A DNA stretch of 64,000 bases from Eledone cirrhosa (taxonomy: Eukaryota). Below the pieces are notes generated by a model that worked only from the letters and a program-made list of their open reading frames with translations, did no database searches and had not been told where the DNA came from. Location: NCBI GenBank assembly GCA_964016885.1, contig OZ024740.1, positions 35,464,001-35,528,000 of the forward strand. The letters are read 5' to 3'. The position numbers and the translations under genes were made by a program. Positions within the stretch are counted from its first letter, which is position 1, and every line of letters begins with the position of its first letter. This document shows positions 1 to 6,865 of this stretch, in pieces.

Positions 1-289
1 GAATGCGGGTGTGGAGTGAGGTTAGTGGTGGTAGTGTGGGTGTGGAGTGGCTGGTGTATCGGGGTGTACGTGGGTGTGGGTGGGGGTTAGTGGTAGTAGT
101 AGGGTGTGTGAATAGTGTGAGTGAGTGTATATATGTACTGGTGTGTGTGTGTGTGTGTTGAAGGTATGGGTGCGCCTGTGATAGGGGGAGGGGTGGGGGT
201 GTTAGTATTATTAGTTGTGGGGTGGGCCAAGAGGGTGGGGAATGGCTGTAGTGGAGGGGATAGGGAAACTTGGGATTGTTTTAGTGGTG
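1..289. repeat. GT/G-rich low-complexity tract, probably the 3' untranslated part of the PLE
   Basis: Degenerate gtg/ggt/gggt runs directly downstream (minus sense) of the GIY-YIG coding region. Confidence 0.5.
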
Positions 290-1320
290 TTAGTAGGGGG
301 TTGTGTAGGGGAGGGGACGGTCGAAGGCTAAAGGAAGAGTGGTGGGGAGTTCAGGCCGGGTGTATGTGGGTAGTAGGAGGAAGATGGTGTGTTGCTTGAC
401 CGTCAGGTGGGTGGCGGGTGTCCCATGGCATTGGATCAGGCCACAGACGGTGAGGTGGTGGGCGGAATGTCTACGGGAACCAAATTGGCGGGCGATGGGG
501 GAACTCCCGCCGAGAGGAATATCTTGGAGGTGCTCCGTACACCGATCCGCCAGGCGACGACCGGTCTGTCCGACGTAGGTTGTGCTGCACTCCCTGCAGC
601 GAACTCCATAGACGAGGTTGGAGGAGGTGCAGCGGAAGGTGTGCCGGACAGAGAGAGAGTGGCCGTTGGGACCCTGGAAGGTGGTGGTGTTGGTGATGTG
701 GGGGCAGGTGTGGCAGCGAGGTCTGGAGCAGAGAAGGGAACCGGGAGGAAACGGGGGTAGGGATCTGCGGACGAAAAGGGAGCGGAGGTTGCGCGCGCGT
801 TTGAAGGAAGGGAGGGTGGTGATGGGAAGATGGGGGAGGTGGAGGGGCATGGAGGAGGGGTGGTAGGTGAGGGGGAACGGGAGACGGTGGGTGGGGGCGC
901 GGGGTTGTGAGGTGAGCGTGGTGGAGCGGTGGATTGCGCGGGCGCGAGCGAAGGCGGCGTGGACGAGGGAGGGGGTAACCTCTCCGGATGAAATGGCTGA
1001 CTAGAGACAGTCTCGATGTTAGCATCTCGACTGCAGAGACGGCGGATCCGGAGGAGTTGGAAGTAAGGAATGGAGTGTTTGATGTGTGTAGGGTGGGAGG
1101 AGGTGAAGTCGAGGTAGGAGTGGGAGGAGGTGGGTTTGAAGAAGGCGGAGGTGACGAGGGAGCGGTGTGAGGGGTCGATGGAGACGGATATGTCCAAGAA
1201 GTGGACGTGGATGGCGGAGATAGAGGTGATAAAGTGGAGGGAGGGGTGGAAGGAGCAGAAGAAGGAGAGAAACGAGTCGAGCTGGTCTCGTGGTTCCGAT
1301 GCAGTCGTCGATGTACCGAA
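290..1320 (-). mobile_element. Decayed Penelope-like retroelement (PLE), probably Neptune-type: C-terminal RT, Cys-rich linker and GIY-YIG endonuclease, frameshifted
   Basis: Minus-strand translation across frames gives RYIDDCIG (about 1295-1318, RT catalytic motif) and FHPSLHFI..VHFLDISV..FKPTSSHSYLDFTSSHPTHIKHSIPYFQLLRIRRLCS (PLE RT/thumb). It then gives FIRRGYP, FKRARNLRSLFV, CSRPRCHTCPHI (Cys linker typical of Neptune PLEs) and NLVYGVRCRECSTTYVGQTGRRLADRCTEH (GIY-YIG). Several frameshifts, so it is non-functional. Confidence 0.92.
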
Positions 1321-1322
1321 GG

Positions 1323-1358
1323 TCTCAACATTTCGGACGCTAGTCCTTCATCAGAAGA
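1323..1358 (-). ncRNA. Minimal type I hammerhead ribozyme, family A (PLE pLTR-associated)
   Basis: Reverse complement reads tctt-CTGATGA-a-GGAC-tagc-GTCC-GAAA-tg-tt-gaga: intact core, 4-bp stem II, 4-bp stem I with one G-U. Stem III is mutated relative to the ACGT palindrome of the second copy. Confidence 0.8.
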
Positions 1359-1729
1359 AAGAATGAAAAATAAGATAGATTGAGGGGACGGGTGGGTTGG
1401 AATTGGAAAAAATGTCTCTCTCACTTCCTCCCGTTTGACCTGTGTGAAATCCTTTTCTCGCTCACATCTCACCCATGTCGGATGGTCTGTATCTCTCGTC
1501 CATGAATTCACCAAGCTTAAGATTACAGATATCATGTACTTGTCTCTTCCTATCTTTCCGTTACAATACCATCGTTGTTTGTTTACATGTCTCGCTCGTT
1601 TCACCCTATTTCCCTTGTCCCAATAACTTTATTTAGTTATTGCTCGCTCCAACCAGAGGTATATGATTTTTAAAGCGATGAAATACCAATGAAAGTTGGA
1701 AGATCACTGATGAAGGACTAATTTTATTC

Positions 1730-1744
1730 ATATATATATATATA

Positions 1745-1820
<76 letters not shown>
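1730..1820. repeat. (TA)n(TG)n(TA)n microsatellite
   Basis: Directly visible. Confidence 0.98.
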
Positions 1821-1823
<3 letters not shown>

Positions 1824-1881
1824 ACATTTTTTTCCAATTCCAACCCGCCCGTGCCCTCAGTCTGTCCTATTTCTCATTCAT

Positions 1882-1917
1882 GCTTCTGATGAAAGACTAG
1901 CGTCCGAAACGTTAAGA
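1882..1917 (+). ncRNA. Minimal hammerhead ribozyme, family A, second copy (stem II mismatch)
   Basis: gctt-CTGATGA-a-AGAC-tagc-GTCC-GAAA-cg-tt-aaga. Palindromic stem III (ACGT), GUU cleavage triplet, A-C mismatch at the base of stem II. Confidence 0.72.
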
Positions 1918-2019
1918 CCCTGTTCCTGCTATATCAAGTGTTAACCTAATATACCCCTTCCATATACTGTACCGATTGTGTTGTTATTTCTGTTTACCTT
2001 TTACATAGAGCAGAGTATG

Positions 2020-2312
2020 ATATCACAGTAAAAAAGAGAAAAAGAGAATTAGTGTTGCGACGAATGGAATTTATTGGACATATTACAATCGTTTCTCTGG
2101 CGACAAGCTCGAGGCACGATCGATGTGATGATCGAACCTGACTCTGAAAATTGCGCGGTCCTCAGATACGTCTTGATTCTACGAATCAGATTTTCAGAGT
2201 CAGGTTCGATCATCACATCGATCGTGCCTCGGGCTGATCGCCAGAGAAACAATTGTAATATGTCCAATAAATTCCATTGTCGCAACACTGATTCTCTTTT
2301 TTTCTGTGATAT
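2020..2312. mobile_element. Foldback/MITE-like non-autonomous DNA element with about 120-bp terminal inverted repeats
   Basis: atatcacag...gtgttgcgac...gatcgaacctgactctgaaaa (2020-2140) pairs with ttttcagagtcaggttcgatc...gtcgcaacac...ctgtgatat (about 2191-2312). The spacer is about 50 bp and the flanks are AT-rich. Confidence 0.8.
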
Positions 2313-2315
2313 ATA

Positions 2316-2545
2316 TCATCATCATCATCATCACCGTTTTACGTCCGTTCTTCCATGCTAGCATGGGTTAGACGGGTTGTCCTGTTGTGGGCAGTGTCTG
2401 GTCGGCTGACCTTGTCTTGCTCATACGGGAACTGATTCTGGTTTGATTTCTACAGCTGGATGCCCTTCCTAACACCAACCTCATTTACAGTGAGTGCTGG
2501 GTGCTTATTTGCCGTGGCACCTCCACGACCACTTTGCAGTGGAAT
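2316..2545 (-). mobile_element. 3' part of a SINE with an RTE-LINE-derived tail ending in (ATG)n
   Basis: (CAT)n followed by ttttacgtccgttcttccatgctagcatgggttagacggg aligns with the 3' end of the RTE fragment at 5157-5208. The remainder is non-coding. The right boundary is approximate. Confidence 0.65.
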
Positions 2546-2572
2546 GATAGGGACTGGAGTCCCTATCATTTT

Positions 2573-2640
2573 TATCTCATTTCTATCTCATTTCTCCCTA
2601 TCTCATTTCTCCCTATCTCATTTCTCCCTATCTCATTTCT
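2573..2640. repeat. 15-bp minisatellite (tatctcatttctccc), about 4 copies
   Basis: Directly visible tandem copies at the truncated 3' side of the tRNA-SINE. Confidence 0.9.
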
Positions 2641-2765
2641 ACAGCTGAGTGAACTGGAGCAATGTGAAATAAAGTGTCTTGCTCAAGGAAACAACACATC
2701 ACCCGGTCCGAGAATTGAACTCACAACCTTTCGATTGCAAGGCCAATGCTCTAACCACTAAGCCA
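2641..2765 (-). mobile_element. tRNA-derived SINE 5' fragment (Pol III A and B boxes plus conserved central domain)
   Basis: Reverse complement: TGGCTTAGTGGttagagc (A box) ... gaGTTCAATTCtc (B box) ... tccttgagcaagacacttt, resembling the CORE/Meta/V-type SINE central motif. It has no tRNA acceptor stem. Confidence 0.85.
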
Positions 2766-2969
2766 TATATATATATATATGTATGTATATGTATGTATGT
2801 ATGTATATGTATGTATGTATATATATATATGTATGTATATATATATGTATGTATATATATATATATATGTATGTATGTATATATATATATATATATATGT
2901 ATGTATATATATATGTATGTATATATATATATATATGTATGTATGTATATATATATATATATATGTATG

Positions 2970-3000
<31 letters not shown>

Positions 3001-3093
3001 ATATATATATATATATGTATGTATATATATATATATATATGTATGTATATATATATATATATATGTATGTATATATATATATATATATGTATG

Positions 3094-3124
<31 letters not shown>

Positions 3125-3191
3125 ATATATATATATGTATGTATATATATATATATATATATGTATGTATATATATATATATATATGTATG

Positions 3192-3242
<51 letters not shown>

Positions 3243-3347
3243 ATATATATATGTATGTATATATATATATATATGTATGTATATATATATATATATGTAT
3301 GTATATATATATATATGTATGTATATATATATATATATATATGTATG

Positions 3348-3387
<40 letters not shown>

Positions 3388-3395
3388 TATGTATG

Positions 3396-3480
<85 letters not shown>
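2765..3480. repeat. Long compound (TA)n/(TATG)n microsatellite, about 715 bp
   Basis: Directly visible. It explains the YI/YM-repeat ORFs. Confidence 0.98.
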
Positions 3481-3482
<2 letters not shown>

Positions 3483-3520
3483 AGGAAGTTATAGTTCACT
3501 TGAAGCATTGTGTAATGAGG

Positions 3521-4159
3521 TATAAACGTTTGTATATGTATAATAAACCCCAAACAATGCGGGTATGGACATAGAATAAAGAATGCAAATGCAAAAGATA
3601 TTGTTGACAATTAGTCTTTTACCTTAGGTTTATTTAAATGTCCTTAATTTTCGAGATAATATCTCTTCTTCGGAGGGAAGTAAAGCGGTTAAACCAGTGT
3701 TCTAAATAGCTTGCCAAGCCATGCTGACAGGAAATGGTATAGAGTATCTGTTCTATCTCTAATATCAAAGAGTTAAGGTTAGGTGGATAAAGAGTAGTCT
3801 CCCTTTAAAAGGGTTATTTTTGTACATGCCTGTTTAAGTGTGTGGGAGAATGCGTGAAGGTGTAAGTATGTGTATGTGTGTGTGAGTGTGAGAAGATATG
3901 TCTATACGTAAATGTGGGGATAGATGTTATCTCGTGTTAGAACTGGTCTTTGTGTGTGTATGTGTGTGTGTGAGAGAGAATAAGTGGAGGTGTAAGCGTG
4001 TGTGTGTGTGTGCGTGTGTGTATGCGTGTGTGTCGGAGGGGTGTGTAAATATGGGGCTAGATGCTCTAATTGTCAACAATATCTTTTGCATTTGCATTCT
4101 TTATTCTATGTCCATCCCTGCATTGCTTTGTCTTTATTATACATATACAAACGTTTATA
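3521..4159. repeat. Inverted repeat pair, 94-bp arms (3521-3614 and 4066-4159); probable second PLE pLTR remnant
   Basis: tataaacgtttgtatatgtataataaa...gcaaaagatattgttgacaattag versus ctaattgtcaacaatatcttttgc...tttattatacatatacaaacgtttata. The pair encloses a hammerhead and a GT-rich tract. Confidence 0.85.
3642..3676 (-). ncRNA. Minimal hammerhead ribozyme variant, family B (core CCGAAGA)
   Basis: Reverse complement: cct-CCGAAGA-a-GAGAT-att-ATCTC-GAAA-at-ta-agg. 5-bp stem II, AATT palindromic stem III, cct/agg stem I, U4C core substitution. Confidence 0.62.
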
Positions 4160-4392
4160 TATATATATATATATATATTTCGTTTCTGAATTTGTTTAGC
4201 AAGATTCTTTATCTGAAATCGTGTGTTGAAACGGATATTGTTATACTTTGGGAGGGTCATGTTGCCAATAAGAAACACACGCACCATTTGCTTTCACTTC
4301 AATTTATTATATATTTATAAATTTACAAATCTACAAACCTATAAATTTCTGGTTGGTTGGTTGGTTCCACAACCAGATAGTTGTTTATATAT

Positions 4393-4437
4393 AGTCATAG
4401 TCCTTTCTTCACACACTCTGTGACCTCTTCAGTGACT
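4393..4437 (-). ncRNA. Hammerhead ribozyme family C, mutated copy
   Basis: Mirror of 4569-4613, but tgtgaA-GAAA replaces tgtgaC-GAAA (position 4408), which breaks the G-C pair closing stem II. Confidence 0.65.
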
Positions 4438-4568
4438 GGGGATTCCTTTCTTTGTTTCTGTGCCTTTCCTTTCTTCTGTCCTACGCCATTTTGTTTCTGT
4501 GTGTGACAGAAACAAAATGGCGTAGGACAGAAGAAAGGAAAGGCACAGAAACAAAGAAAGGAATCCCC

Positions 4569-4613
4569 AGTCACTGAAGAGGTCACAGAGTGTGTGACGA
4601 AAGGACTATGACT
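4569..4613 (+). ncRNA. Minimal type I hammerhead ribozyme family C, apparently intact
   Basis: AGTCA-CTGAAGA-g-GTCACA-gagtg-TGTGAC-GAAA-ggac-TA-TGACT. 5-bp stem I, 6-bp stem II, short stem III, predicted cleavage after CUA at 4608. Confidence 0.85.
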
Positions 4614-4771
4614 ATATATAAACAACTATCTGGTTGTGGAACCAACCAACCAACCAGAAATTTATAGGTTTGTAGATTTGTAAATTTATAAATTTATAAA
4701 TATATAATAAATTGAAGTGAAAGCAACTGGTGCGTGTGTTTCTTATTGGCAACATGACCCTCCCAAAGTAT

Positions 4772-4776
<5 letters not shown>

Positions 4777-4850
<74 letters not shown>

Positions 4851-4860
4851 CATACATATA
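4777..4860. repeat. (TA)n(CATA)n microsatellite
   Basis: Directly visible; it terminates the right palindrome arm. Confidence 0.97.
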
Positions 4861-4914
4861 CAATTAATTATAATTATAATTATATTATTTACTTATGTTC
4901 ACAGGTTTGATATA

Positions 4915-5100
4915 CAGTGAAACTCCATTATAACGAAATTCCCGGGGGTATACAAAATTCGTTGTTACGAACAATTCTTTATAACTAGATGGACCGAATT
5001 AAGTCGAGCGTATGATGCTATTACCACGGTGATAGAAAAACCTATTCATTTTACTGAAAAATTCGTTATAATGGTATTCGTTATAAAGGAATTTTACCTG
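4915..5100. mobile_element. Tc1/mariner (pogo/Tigger-like) MITE flanked by TA
   Basis: TA|CAGTGAAACTCCATTATAACGAA ... TTCGTTATAAAGGAATTTTACCTG|TA imperfect TIRs with repeated tataacgaa motifs. An alternative right end is aattcactg|ta at 5152. Confidence 0.65.
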
Positions 5101-5156
5101 TAGTATATTACTGAAAAGATTTACTTGAATTTAATCATAACGAAATTCACTGTATA

Positions 5157-5592
5157 TCATCATCATCATTTTACGTCCACTTTTCCCTGCTAGCAAGGAT
5201 GGGACGGGTCCTATTCAGCACAGCATCTCTCCATTTTTCACGGTCTTTCGTCAACTCCTCCGTGACCTTCAGCAATAATAGGTCTGCTCTCATCACCTCC
5301 GCCCATGTTTTTCGTGGTCTTCCTCTACTGCATCTTCCTTCTACTGACATTTCTTGGCACTTCTTTACCCAGTGGTCATCCTTCATGCGCACCACATGCC
5401 CATACCATCTCAATCTTCTCACCCGCACACTACAATTTATACCTCTTATACACAGTTTCTCTCTCAATACATCCATGCTCGGTCGTTTACGTACATTGAC
5501 ATTGCACATCCAACGGAGCATGCTTGCTTCATTTCTCTCCAGCTGTCGCATATCCTCTGCAGTTGCTGCCCATGTCTCACTACTATGTATAC
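5157..5592 (-). mobile_element. 5'-truncated RTE-clade LINE, 3' end with (ATG)n tail
   Basis: ORF 5171-5611(-) contains SETW...MLRWMC...RRLRWYGHVVRM...GRCSRGRPRKTW...DREKWR, the typical RTE ORF C-terminus. A (CAT)n tail lies at 5157-5169. Confidence 0.92.
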
Positions 5593-5628
5593 TATAGATA
5601 ATTTTCAACAATATATAATCTTTTCCAG

Positions 5629-5739
5629 GAATCTCCTATTGATAATTTATCAACGAGTGGTTCGTCAGCAAGTGGTGTGCAAGGAAAAATTACCTTCGAA
5701 GATGTTGCTTTTAGATATCCTTCCCGACCTGATGCTCTT
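5629..5739 (+). CDS. ABCB1: Internal coding exon (111 bp, phase 0/0) of an ABCB1/MDR P-glycoprotein-like ABC transporter: TMD-to-NBD linker and start of the NBD
   Basis: tcttttccag|GAA...CTT|gtaagt with canonical splice sites. It translates ESPIDNLSTSGSSASGVQGKITFEDVAFRYPSRPDAL, matching the ABCB family pattern P.ID..S..G.....G.I.F..V.F.YPSRPD just before Walker A. From memory, the human ABCB1 exon KPSID...YPSRKEVK has the same boundaries. The exact paralog is uncertain. Confidence 0.88.
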
Positions 5740-5789
5740 GTAAGTATTTGAGACAATATAATGAAGCACCCAGTCAACTAATGATAGTA

Positions 5790-5850
5790 CAGGTAAAATT
5801 CCGTGCTACAAATACCGATATAACGAATATTTTAGTATAACGAAATTTTA
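5790..5850. mobile_element. Terminal fragment of the same Tc1/mariner-type MITE family
   Basis: TA|CAGGTAAAATTCC...ataccgatataacgaatattttagta resembles the reverse complement of 5050-5100. Confidence 0.55.
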
Positions 5851-6865
5851 ATTATATTTTCAATATTCAGCAAGGCCAGCCGTTACTCGCTCAGTATGCA
5901 AATGAGGCTAATCAGCCTATGCATGCTTCAGAAAATACTATATATTTTCAACCGTTCAATAGATTGGCAGAGAGCTAAATAGTCTCGATGAAGGGTAATG
6001 AGCTAGAAACATGTTAATTGTTCCTCGATGCCACTGTTGAACAAATGGATGACGATTGGACATCAAGGCACAGCACAGCTTTATCGAGCCGTTTGCTGAC
6101 AAACGGATCGAATATTATTTAAGAGACTATATTGTTAGATAAAAGGTGTAGTGGTTTAACAGACGACAGTTAGATGTAAGGTGTAGTGGTTTAACAGACG
6201 ACAGTTAGATGTAAGGTGTAGTGGTTTAACAGACGACAGTTAGATGTAAGGTGTAGTGGTTTAACAGGCGACAGTTAGATGTAAGTTGTAGTGGTTTAAC
6301 AGGCGACAGTTAGATGTAAGGTGTTGTGGTTTAACAGTCGACAGTTAGATGTAAGGTGTAGTGGTTTAACAGACGACAGTTAGATGTAAGGTGTAGTGGT
6401 TAAACAGACGACAGTTAGATGTAAGGTGTTGTGGTTTAACAGACGACAGTTAGATGTAAGGTGTAGTGGTTTAACAGACGACAGTTAGATGTAAGGTGTT
6501 GTGGTTTAACAGACGACAGTTAGATGTAAGGTGTAGTGGTTTAACAGACGACAGTTAGATGTAAGGTGTAGTGGTTAAACAGGTGACAGTTAGATGTAAG
6601 GTGTTGTGGTTTAACAGACGACAGTTAGATGTAATGTGTTGTGGTTTAACAGGCAACAGTTAGATGTAAGGTGTTGTCGTTTAACAGACGACAGTTAGAT
6701 GTAAGGTGTAGTGGTTTAACATACGACAGTTAGATGAAAGGTGTAGTGGTTTAACAGACGACACTTAGATGTAAGGTGTAGTGGTTAAACAGGTGACAGT
6801 TAGATGTAAGGTGTTGTGGTTTAACAGACAACAGTTAGATCAAAGGTGTTGTGGTTTAACAGACG

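Larger units (their letters stand above)
1321..1919. repeat. Inverted repeat pair, about 97-bp arms (1321-1417 and 1822-1919): PLE pLTR fragments, each with a hammerhead
   Basis: ggtgggttggaattggaaaaaatgtct (1391-1417) is the reverse complement of agacatttttttccaattccaacccgcc (1822 onward). Similarity continues, with mismatches, through the hammerhead to (a/g)agacc. Confidence 0.85.
4235..4779. repeat. 545-bp near-perfect palindrome (arms 4235-4500 and 4506-4779, loop GTGTG); probable inverted PLE pLTR pair
   Basis: Arms are reverse complements, with a few substitutions and one 8-nt duplication in the right arm. Each arm has a hammerhead motif. Confidence 0.95.

Noticed and set aside
121-1626. 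Plus-strand ORFs and the 377-aa minus ORF (471-1604) as host genes
   Set aside because: They are antisense or off-frame readings of the GC-skewed PLE; only short segments carry PLE motifs.
2049-2361. Mirror-image ORFs on both strands
   Set aside because: A by-product of the foldback element's inverted arms.
2690-2765. Functional tRNA gene
   Set aside because: A and B boxes are present but there is no acceptor stem, and the sequence continues into a SINE body.
2679-3610. Long YI/YM-repeat ORFs (also 1633-1827 and 4612-4863)
   Set aside because: They are translations of (TA)n/(TATG)n microsatellites.
5896-5903. Octamer motif ATGCAAAT
   Set aside because: A single 8-mer with no supporting promoter context; it can occur by chance or within repeats.
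5871-5980. Candidate next exon after ttcaatattcag (QGQPLLAQYANEANQPMHAS...)
   Set aside because: No ABC/Walker A similarity, it ends in a stop, and there is no clear donor.
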